From a virus: a stretch of 64,000 nucleotides of DNA. Both the position numbers and the translations under genes were made by a program. Where the stretch lies: IMG/VR virus record IMGVR_UViG_3300031466_000110. One strand, 5' to 3'. Below the pieces are notes generated by a model. It was not told where the DNA came from, did no database searches, and was given only the letters and a program-made list of their open reading frames with translations. Below are positions 40,432 to 48,406 of the stretch, one piece after another (positions within the stretch are counted from its first letter, which is position 1; every line of letters begins with the position of its first letter).

Positions 40432-41481
40432 TCACTTTCGAGAGTAGAACCGTTCATAGGTCTTCTTCCGCAAAGAAGGGTTATTTTTATAGTAATACTT
40501 CAAGATCAAGGGGTACGAATCCCCAAAAGAAAGTGTTCTCTTAGATTTTCCAAGCTCATCGAAAGGACGCACCCAATCCTTTTCCTCGGGCGGTACCCCC
40601 TGCGCGAAGACACAGTACAAATAAGCCTCAAACTCCAGAATCCGCCGCCAATACGGTTGGTCTGAGTCCAAGCGCATGGGTCGACCATACAAAACCTCAA
40701 AAGGATACTGACGTACATCCTGATACCCGATATCCTTAAAAGGATTCGCGTAATCCGGGAACTTTAACGACTTACGTAGCTTTTGCTCCTCATTAGGAGC
40801 CTTTGTGTTCTTAATACGAAGATACTTTGTCCAGTCAAAATCAAAATTCTCAGAGTAGATGTACGCCGCGTTAATATACCGCTCATAAAGCTGAGTTAAC
40901 GAGAAGGTGGCGTCAGAGAAATAAGGAAGATCCTTGATATAGAGTTTGCACTTATGCTTAGTGGTCGGATTGTACAGCAACAAGTACTCTTCACGAAAAC
41001 CCGTGTCACGGTCATCAATAACATGCTGATGGTAAATAAAAGAATGCTTAACCGCTATTTTCCCAAAACGCTTAGAGGAACCTTCCTCCATCCAAGAATC
41101 CACCACGTCCAGAACAACAGATGACTCGTCTGGAATTTGTCGTATAGTAAGTGCTATATCATAGTAATACACCGGAATAAAAACCAGACGATCCCGATAG
41201 TTAAACCTCACATCCCGTGACCATGTCACAAAGAAAGGAGGAAGGTATTTTAAGACCTCGGGGTCGGGGCTAAGAGTGGAAAGCGTATTCGGAAAAGCGA
41301 TCAAATAATCCTGCAAAGAAAGCGCCTCAAACAAATGATACATATCCGTTATATCAGCATAATACCCCCGCGAACAAGCGAGGGCGCTGAAGTCTTTCAA
41401 TGAAACAACGGGAAAAGAGTCCTGAGTCAATTGTCGTATATCGGAAAAAGTCTCCTTACCCCAAAAGGGAACTCCACTCAT
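40432..41481 (-). CDS. Hypothetical protein directly downstream of the RT-associated RNA array
   Basis: 349 aa, AGGAGG RBS, Tyr/Phe-rich; no motif recognised. Confidence 0.75.
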   Translation of the reverse strand: MSGVPFWGKETFSDIRQLTQDSFPVVSLKDFSALACSRGYYADITDMYHLFEALSLQDYLIAFPNTLSTLSPDPEVLKYLPPFFVTWSRDVRFNYRDRLVFIPVYYYDIALTIRQIPDESSVVLDVVDSWMEEGSSKRFGKIAVKHSFIYHQHVIDDRDTGFREEYLLLYNPTTKHKCKLYIKDLPYFSDATFSLTQLYERYINAAYIYSENFDFDWTKYLRIKNTKAPNEEQKLRKSLKFPDYANPFKDIGYQDVRQYPFEVLYGRPMRLDSDQPYWRRILEFEAYLYCVFAQGVPPEEKDWVRPFDELGKSKRTLSFGDSYPLILKYYYKNNPSLRKKTYERFYSRK

Positions 41482-41512
41482 ATAAACAAATACCTCCTAA
41501 AGAAAGAGGGTT

Positions 41513-41641
41513 GATCTGTGCTTGACACCCTGTTAACCTACCACACTCAAACTTGAGTCCCAGAGGAACAGAGTGTACCATGTACACTCTGATACTCTGG
41601 GGCGGGATGGTACCCCACACAGATCGGAGGGTTAAAGCACC
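41513..41641. ncRNA. RT-associated structured unit 1
   Basis: GATCTGTG/CACAGATC, TTAACC/GGTTAA, TACCA/TGGTA, ACTCAA/TTGAGT and central hairpin 41559-41601. Confidence 0.75.
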
Positions 41642-41649
41642 AAAAGTAA

Positions 41650-41777
41650 GACTTGCGCTTAATACCTTGTTAACCTGCCGCACTCAATCTTGAGTCCCAG
41701 ATCATGAGCTGTGCTATGCAACAGCTCATGATCTGGGATCGGATGGTACCCTACGCAAGTCAGCGGGTTAAAGCGCC
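41650..41777. ncRNA. RT-associated structured unit 2 (137-bp-period repeat of unit 1)
   Basis: GACTTGCG/CGCAAGTC, TTAACC/GGTTAA, ACTCAA/TTGAGT and perfect 18-bp hairpin 41695-41738. Confidence 0.75.
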
Positions 41778-41813
41778 GTGGTTATAAGAACATAGACCGA
41801 AGTACAAAAACGA

Positions 41814-41955
41814 TTGAGGGTTGTTCTATCGCTGGCAACATCTCTGCACTGACACAAAAGGCATTGAGCGCCCGCCGACCCCGGCGGGAGGAAGCGACTG
41901 TCACATACGATAGAAGACGGTGCAGAACGTCGAGTTGCTAACACTCCACCCTCAA
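41814..41955. ncRNA. RT-associated structured unit 3 (sequence-divergent, same topology)
   Basis: TTCTATCG/CGATAGAA, TCTGCAC/GTGCAGA, TGACA/TGTCA, CCCGCCG/CGGCGGG, closing TTGAGGGT/ACCCTCAA. Confidence 0.65.
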
Positions 41956-41964
41956 AAAGAAAAG

Positions 41965-43233
41965 CTATACTAAATAAGCCACCTCAAGGTAATAGTCGAA
42001 ATCTTCATGGAAAAGTCGGTACATCTCATAAAGCGAAAGTACCCCCAGCCGCTGAAAATCCTCATCCGAGAGTGCTTTAACGTTCGCCTTGTTGTTCTTA
42101 CCCGTTTTGAGAGCGCGAAGACGATCCCGAATGTAAAAATCAAGTTCAATGAGAGACTCCGGTGTCGTAATATAACGGAAGGCGTAGTACCCCCAACCGA
42201 ACTTTTGAGGATCTTCAACGTAAGACTTAAAGATTTTCCAGTTCCAGCGATTGACGAGCCGTTTGGCAACATAATCGAAGGACTTACCCTTCAACTCCAT
42301 CTCCTTACGAGCGGCTTTACACCAACGCTTGAAAGTGGCTTTGAGCTTCTTCTTAGAATGATCGCTAATATCCACCCCGGTGGGAGTAAGCTTCAGACCG
42401 AGGTATTCGACCGGATCGTCAGGGTCAAAGTAAACATACTTCGAGTCGTTGATGGTCAACCCGCGCAGAGCAAGTTGCTCTTTGATATACGCAAGAGACT
42501 CATTGAGCGCTTCCTTCGTATAGTCAAACAAAATGATGTCATCCGAATAGCGGGCATAAACCTTATTCTGATGGTAGAACATCCAATCCATATCCTTCAA
42601 ACAATAATTAGCAAAGAAACTCCCCATCGCACAACCGGGAATGAGCGACTTATACTCCTGAATCGTTTGTCCCTTGTAAGTGATGGTATCGTCAAGATAA
42701 AGCTTCGCCATTGTTTGATAGAGAGGTGTACCCCTACCAAAAAGTTCAACGAGAGTGCGCTCCAAATAAGGCTTGGAAACGCTATTGAAATACGCAGAAA
42801 TATCCAACTTTACCCCATACATCGGTTCACTTTGCTTTACTTTCTTAATATAAGAAATCGCCGTAGACGTAGTGACCTTCCGTTGATAGGAAAAACAGTT
42901 CGGCGCAAGATATGGTTGCACCAGCGCGGAAAGGGCGCGGTAAAGTACCCCCAAGAGAAAACGCTCAAGGGGTGAGTACATGTAGACCACACGCTTCTTT
43001 GTAGTCCCGGATTTCGCCAATAAAACTTTCTCCGGCGGCTTCCATTCAAACGTACCGTTGCAAAGCTGATGGATATAATCCAATTTTTCATTCGAAACTT
43101 TAATGAAGTAAAGCTGACTCATGACCTCCGGGTCAATGGTTCCTTTATTGAATAAACGATCATAAGAACGATCCCAATGCTCTTGATTATGCAACTCTTC
43201 AATAAGTGCTTCCTTAGTGATAAGCAAACACAA
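41965..43233 (-). CDS. Reverse transcriptase, unclassified group
   Basis: K..GTTKKR, NCFSYQ, KLDISAYFNSV, IPGCAMGSFFAN, YARYSDD, EYLGL; probable TTG start at 43227 after GGAGGTG. Confidence 0.93.
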   Translation of the reverse strand: MCLLITKEALIEELHNQEHWDRSYDRLFNKGTIDPEVMSQLYFIKVSNEKLDYIHQLCNGTFEWKPPEKVLLAKSGTTKKRVVYMYSPLERFLLGVLYRALSALVQPYLAPNCFSYQRKVTTSTAISYIKKVKQSEPMYGVKLDISAYFNSVSKPYLERTLVELFGRGTPLYQTMAKLYLDDTITYKGQTIQEYKSLIPGCAMGSFFANYCLKDMDWMFYHQNKVYARYSDDIILFDYTKEALNESLAYIKEQLALRGLTINDSKYVYFDPDDPVEYLGLKLTPTGVDISDHSKKKLKATFKRWCKAARKEMELKGKSFDYVAKRLVNRWNWKIFKSYVEDPQKFGWGYYAFRYITTPESLIELDFYIRDRLRALKTGKNNKANVKALSDEDFQRLGVLSLYEMYRLFHEDFDYYLEVAYLV

Positions 43234-43302
43234 TCACCTCCAAAAGAAAGAAAACCATACCAATATGGCATGGGTCTCTTTTGGCGTCGTAAAGAACATC
43301 AA

Positions 43303-45261
43303 TCAACGGGAAAAGCTTGCATTGGTGATATGCGGAATGAACACACGGTATCTATCTTTCGACGAGATCTCCTCCCGTACCCCCGCTTGCAGAACCATAA
43401 GCGTCGACTCAGGGAACGCCAGCAAATCGATAGGCGAAGATTCCCGCGTCAAACGATACGCTCCCCAACGCATGTTCCGCACTATAACCATGTCGCGGTT
43501 GAAGAAACCGCCAGAATAATAGAACAATTTATCCTCAGTCGACAAACCTTCACCGTACATCGCCAAGGTGTCAATATCCACCGTGCTGACAATCTCATTC
43601 GGAAGCACCGGAGCGATAGCCCGAGCAAGGTTCGGGTTATGAAGCGCCAACAAAGCAAAGTCCACCAAATACCCCTTATAGACCTTAGTGTTACGCGCCC
43701 GGAGGATATTGTTCCTTTCCCTCAAGAGGTAGTAGAGCAGACGCAAGTCACCGAAGCACTGCACCAACTCTTCCGCCTGAGCCACCAGATGCGGAGCATA
43801 CTGCTCAACCGCTTCCAAATAGTATTTCAAGGTGATTTTACCATAAACAACAGAATCGACCTTCTCGCCAACGCGATCCCGATAAATCGTCAAACCAAAA
43901 TGCTCCAACCCCACATCTGTGAAGTAGTCCAGATCGAGAGTGCGGAAAGAACCAGCCTCGCGATTTTCCCAACTGCGAATACGTTCTTCCGAGCGACCAC
44001 CTTGGTGATACAACAGCTTCAAGAGCGGTTTGAGAGTAGGAGAAACGGTTTCAAGACGAGAAGAAGGTACACGACTGTAGTACCAACCCAACTTGTTAGC
44101 TTTAGCCGTTTGCAGGAAATGCACTTCCTCATAAAAACGAGGAATGTCCGTCAACAAATTTGCGCGGAACGTACCTTCATACAACTCATAACGGAAGTTG
44201 CGAATGATCTGCATGACCAACTGCTTGTTCGGCAGTTTAATAATGCTCGAAGTATATTCATTACCCCTTGCCCTCGCTACCTTCCAAACAGTGAACCGCT
44301 TCAACTCAGTAAACGAAGCAACCGGAATTTCCCCGTAAACCGAAGGCACGAACCGAGAACGGAGCCAAAAATGAATCAACAAGAACGTGTTGATGATGTC
44401 CTGCCCGGTTGCAACCGCCATCCGAAGCTCCGTAATAGACGGCTTGTTATTGTTGAGGTGGGAAGTGTAACGCCCCAAAATCTCAACAGTATCCGTAAGA
44501 GCTTGGAACGGGGTCGTGTTGTGTGCCACTACCTCCCGCAAGAAGCGCACCATCCGCTTACAAGCCTTCATTGTCATCAAACAACCGTCATTGATTTGAC
44601 CCTTGAAGCAGAACTGACGGAAATAAGTTTCCGTAGCTTTGGAAAGATAACGACGATGATGCGCCTTGCTTGCCGAAGCAACCACCGTCTTCGCAGGAGC
44701 GTTCTCCGTCAAAACCTCACGGTTAATGACCTTGAACGGCTTTTTGATAGCCGAAATATGACGACCCGAGTCCGTAGTCACCACCTTAGCGTTGACCAAG
44801 ACCTTCGGATCTCCCTCGATATCCACCAAATCCAACAGCGCCTTCTCCGTCAAATCCGAGCATTTACCGTCCGAGGACAACACCCGATACCCCATAGCAT
44901 TACCATTGACGTGAATCTCCGCAAGGATGTGGATACCCCGGTTCTCCACCAAAGCCATCTTGGAATTGTACTTGAACAGACGATCCATACTGCACTCGGT
45001 ATTGACGATCTCCCCATTAACCAACTCTGCGTTCTCAAAGCGAGAAGCCTGAAGCATCTTCTTCACCATCTCAATCGGACGCAAAGCAGGTTTAAGAGTC
45101 GGAATATGCAAAATCACATACCCCAACAACGTCCGGGCATCACGCCAAACCGTACCGATGATACGGAACTCCCCTGCGTACTCCACAGTATCCCGAAAAC
45201 GAGATTGAGTTTGAGGTTGTTGACTACCCCCGCCTGGCTGTCGTGTACGTTGGATACCCAT
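43303..45261 (-). CDS. Hypothetical protein (652 aa) directly upstream of the RT
   Basis: GGAGGTG RBS; duplicated N-terminal beta-rich module (..LGY.I....NA.LV / ..MGYRV....NAKVV). Confidence 0.8.
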   Translation of the reverse strand: MGIQRTRQPGGGSQQPQTQSRFRDTVEYAGEFRIIGTVWRDARTLLGYVILHIPTLKPALRPIEMVKKMLQASRFENAELVNGEIVNTECSMDRLFKYNSKMALVENRGIHILAEIHVNGNAMGYRVLSSDGKCSDLTEKALLDLVDIEGDPKVLVNAKVVTTDSGRHISAIKKPFKVINREVLTENAPAKTVVASASKAHHRRYLSKATETYFRQFCFKGQINDGCLMTMKACKRMVRFLREVVAHNTTPFQALTDTVEILGRYTSHLNNNKPSITELRMAVATGQDIINTFLLIHFWLRSRFVPSVYGEIPVASFTELKRFTVWKVARARGNEYTSSIIKLPNKQLVMQIIRNFRYELYEGTFRANLLTDIPRFYEEVHFLQTAKANKLGWYYSRVPSSRLETVSPTLKPLLKLLYHQGGRSEERIRSWENREAGSFRTLDLDYFTDVGLEHFGLTIYRDRVGEKVDSVVYGKITLKYYLEAVEQYAPHLVAQAEELVQCFGDLRLLYYLLRERNNILRARNTKVYKGYLVDFALLALHNPNLARAIAPVLPNEIVSTVDIDTLAMYGEGLSTEDKLFYYSGGFFNRDMVIVRNMRWGAYRLTRESSPIDLLAFPESTLMVLQAGVREEISSKDRYRVFIPHITNASFSR

Positions 45262-45329
45262 ACCTTTACACCTCCATAACGAGATCTCTAAACGAACGTA
45301 GACTTACGTCCGCGAATAAAGAACTAGCA

Positions 45330-45752
45330 TCATAAGGATGCCGCCACCCAATTAAGCACATCTTGCACAAATTTATACTCCCAGTACGACACCCCAAGCC
45401 GCGCAGAGCTAAGGAACAAATCTCGATTAAGCTGATACACCAAGTCATTGAAAGGAATGGGATTGTCCAGATTATCCTTACCCCGACAGATCACAATGCG
45501 CTCATTGTCCAAAATCGCATAACAACCAAAAGGAAGGGCGGTCAAATAAATATACAGACGAGAAGCACCACGTCGGGTGTAAGAACGCATAACTTTCGGA
45601 CGAACCCCTTGTTGCATCGACAACAAAATATGTTCCATAAAGAAACTCTTTTGCACCGCTTCAGGTTGGTGCATCAAAACACGCAACTGCGACGCTAACG
45701 GGATGACCGGAACAGATGAACGGTAGTTTGGTCGAGCATCCAGTCTCGCCAT
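45330..45752 (-). CDS. Hypothetical protein, first gene of the putative RT operon
   Basis: 140 aa from MARLD, GGGGG RBS. Confidence 0.7.
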   Translation of the reverse strand: MARLDARPNYRSSVPVIPLASQLRVLMHQPEAVQKSFFMEHILLSMQQGVRPKVMRSYTRRGASRLYIYLTALPFGCYAILDNERIVICRGKDNLDNPIPFNDLVYQLNRDLFLSSARLGVSYWEYKFVQDVLNWVAASL

Positions 45753-46191
45753 AGAAAACACCCCCATATGCTCCAGTTTAACTTGAAGTCAATGGGAGTT
45801 CGATACACATACCAAGAACCGGGAAAGGTGTCACCAAAACCTAAAAATTAAAAAGAAGCATATAATTTTCCTCACCTAGTGTCCTAAAGACGAAGGACAA
45901 GTAAGTCCAGATAGTTGCTAGTCCAAAATTTGAACAAAGGTCAATCGATGCCTGCCCCAAAAAGAAAAGCAACCGCGAAAACGCGATCACTTTTCTTCCC
46001 CAAGTCGTACAAAATGTGGAACCGGAACCGGGATACCATCCACCTGCACACACTCATAAAACATCGACTCCGGGCGAAGCCAAAAGATCCCGTCGCGGCT
46101 GTACAGCACCATGCGGTCATGGTCATAATTCAGAGCCTTCTTCCGCAGACCTGAAACGTATCGGAAACGGAAGGAACCGTTTTTGCCACCT

Positions 46192-47607
46192 TTAACCCCT
46201 CACTTTCTCAACCTCCAACAAATACGCCAAGCGGAACTGGTTCGGACGATAAACAATAAACTCATCATTGATAAGCGAACGCCCCTTAACCCCATACACC
46301 GAATCGTACCCGCGCGGAGGTTGCGTAAAATACTGTGCGTCATACACTTTATAGGTACGACCCAATGCCACTTCTGCTACGAAAAGGAAGGCGTTGTCCG
46401 AGAGATTTTTATTACCCCCAAATTGGGCAAAGGAGTAGTTACCACTTTTGGTACTCTCCGAAGCAAAGTAGATTCCCGGTCCGAACATCGCTCCCGTCCG
46501 ATTGATATTATTCGGCAGTTGCGTCGGCAGTTTCAAGTGAGAGGAAAGAATACCAACCAAATTGGCATTCCGGGAACCGTGGAACAGGTGAGTGATGTTA
46601 CCCGGTGAAGTATCGAACGCCGGAGCGTTGCGCTGATTGATGCGGAACGCATTGACCACCTTGAGTCGGAAACTGTGATTCGGAGCTTTAGTTTTCCAAA
46701 CGTGATCCGACAACTTGCGGAACTCGACCGGATCTTCCACCACTGCGATATCGCAGTTAAGCCCAATGTACTGACGCTCAATATCATCCGAACCCATAAT
46801 CGGGAGCATACGCAGAGAATCCTCATACAAGTCAAGGATATCCATCTCCGCATTGAGCTTAGGCATAGTGGAAATTACCCAAGAAGTGTCCTTCCGCAGA
46901 TTCCGAGCAAGAGCGCGGGGAACGTGACGATAATACTCCTCCGACAAACGCAGAATTTCAAGTTGGTTGCGTCGAGAAATCGCTATCGAGAGCTGGCGCA
47001 GGATCTCACGCCCTGCGTTAATACCCCGCATACCGAGATTTCCAAGTGGGGCGCGAGCATCCGTGGTCAAATTCCCCGCCAACGAATACGAAACCGCCCG
47101 ATTCGCTTCGCGGTAGAGCAGTTGCACAAGCTCCGTAATTTTCGGATGCAAACGCGAAGTCGCCCGAGAAGGCTTAATCTTCGGCTTCAGGTTCCCAAGA
47201 GCTTCCACATTAACCTGCGTCCGCGCCACTTGACTGGCACGGGCGGCAACCGCCAAATCGGTGTGCTTGTACCCCTTGCGGAGTTTTTCACGCACCTTCT
47301 CCTCGAACTTGGACTCCGCTTCCCGCAAAGAATTGTATGGCTCTGCATAAGCGGCTCCATTGGAACCGACGCGACCATGATTGTAGAAATAACGGAACTC
47401 ACCCTTATCATTTTGATGCAGTTCGGCGGTATAAAACTTGTTGCTATTGTCCTTCGGATCGAAGAAATTGAGAAACGCCTTTTTGAGAACCGTGTACTGT
47501 CCCCGGTAAAACGGGTCTTGATCGACCTTGATCCCTTTCTTCTTAACCGTGCGCGTTGACGTGCTGGCGCTAGTCGTGCTAGAACGTGCGGCTCGTGCCA
47601 TCAGCAC
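46192..47607 (-). CDS. WGR-domain poly(ADP-ribose) polymerase-like protein
   Basis: WGR (SNKFY...HGRVG...FEEK..EK..KGY), helical regulatory region, catalytic LFHGSR, GAMFGPGIYFA, YS, EVALG, DEFIVY (H-Y-E triad). Confidence 0.92.
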   Translation of the reverse strand: MLMARAARSSTTSASTSTRTVKKKGIKVDQDPFYRGQYTVLKKAFLNFFDPKDNSNKFYTAELHQNDKGEFRYFYNHGRVGSNGAAYAEPYNSLREAESKFEEKVREKLRKGYKHTDLAVAARASQVARTQVNVEALGNLKPKIKPSRATSRLHPKITELVQLLYREANRAVSYSLAGNLTTDARAPLGNLGMRGINAGREILRQLSIAISRRNQLEILRLSEEYYRHVPRALARNLRKDTSWVISTMPKLNAEMDILDLYEDSLRMLPIMGSDDIERQYIGLNCDIAVVEDPVEFRKLSDHVWKTKAPNHSFRLKVVNAFRINQRNAPAFDTSPGNITHLFHGSRNANLVGILSSHLKLPTQLPNNINRTGAMFGPGIYFASESTKSGNYSFAQFGGNKNLSDNAFLFVAEVALGRTYKVYDAQYFTQPPRGYDSVYGVKGRSLINDEFIVYRPNQFRLAYLLEVEKVRG

Positions 47608-47766
47608 CCCTCCTCGACAAATTTACTTGCCTAATATAGACCAGAGTCCCCTTGAAAGTTATAAGTACTTCAAACGTTAGGTATGAAGTAAAATGAAAAT
47701 AACGAGGACTGGCATATTTTGCAAAAAGAGCGCATAGGTTGTAGGGGTTTACCCCTACAACCAACT

Positions 47767-48255
47767 TTAACACACCGCTCTCGGCAAGTAAAGACAACCC
47801 TCCATACGGTACCTTCGTCTCTTAGGTTTACCAGAAGAAACGAAAGTCATACCCCACTTCGTAAGTCCCGCAACAAACCAAGATGGAAACGCTCCCTTAA
47901 TTCCCATCAAATTAAGCAGGGTACCCCACTGCTCGAACAGATGGAACGCATCCCGACAAACCAAGTCACGATGCAAGTCCGCCGCCAAAAGACCTCGAAG
48001 CTCCAAAAACAAGGGTGTATTATGATCGGAATCAAAAACCGGGGGTGAAAATGAGATTCCGCCAATGATTTCGCCATTCTTGGTGAAAAAGACCTTGAAA
48101 GTCAGCGACGCAAAGGAAGAAGAAACATCCTGCACATGGGAAGGACGTCCTGCATAAAATGCAAGTGAAGGTAAGGTATACCCCCGGTCGAGGGTTAATT
48201 GAGCAAGCCCGAAACGATAGCAGTCTTCGGGCGTAATGACCAATCGATATCCCAT
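47767..48255 (-). CDS. Hypothetical protein
   Basis: 162-aa ORF. Confidence 0.55.
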   Translation of the reverse strand: MGYRLVITPEDCYRFGLAQLTLDRGYTLPSLAFYAGRPSHVQDVSSSFASLTFKVFFTKNGEIIGGISFSPPVFDSDHNTPLFLELRGLLAADLHRDLVCRDAFHLFEQWGTLLNLMGIKGAFPSWFVAGLTKWGMTFVSSGKPKRRRYRMEGCLYLPRAVC

Positions 48256-48370
48256 ACTTTACCACCATCGCTGAAGTTTCCATAAGTTGCACAATAAATT
48301 TAAGACTACCTTCGGAAAACGACAGGTAAAGTATAGAATTTTATGTTCAGTCTCAGGTCGAAGAAAAACA

Positions 48371-48402
48371 GAATGACCCGAAGGTAGACCTTCGGGTCAT
48401 TC
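48371..48402 (-). terminator. Terminator after the glucosaminidase gene
   Basis: Perfect 14-15-bp inverted repeat GAATGACCCGAAGG/CCTTCGGGTCATTC plus T-run. Confidence 0.8.
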
Positions 48403-48406
48403 ATCA

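Noticed and set aside
41513-41777. CRISPR array interpretation of the RT-adjacent repeats
   Set aside because: The conserved parts total ~100 bp and are imperfect, the variable parts are self-complementary hairpins, and no cas genes are in the window.
41513-41955. HDV-like/theta ribozyme or tRNA identity for the units
   Set aside because: Helix order loosely resembles HDV, but the L3-equivalent is far too large and P4/J4-2 are absent; no cloverleaf or T-loop. An Rfam scan is needed to exclude it fully.
41513-43233. Diversity-generating retroelement (TR/VR)
   Set aside because: Differences between units are not adenine-specific, neither copy lies in a coding 3' end, and there is no SQ motif or recognisable Avd.
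41965-43233. Classical retron
   Set aside because: NAxxH and VTG motifs are not seen, and the RNA is downstream and multi-unit; retained only as an analogy.
41780-43300. Group II intron
   Set aside because: No interrupted gene, only ~70 bp upstream of the RT (no room for DI-DIII), no recognisable domain V, and no PQG/YADD.
45841-46154. Short ORFs between PARP and the RT operon
   Set aside because: No RBS and unnatural composition; treated as intergenic.
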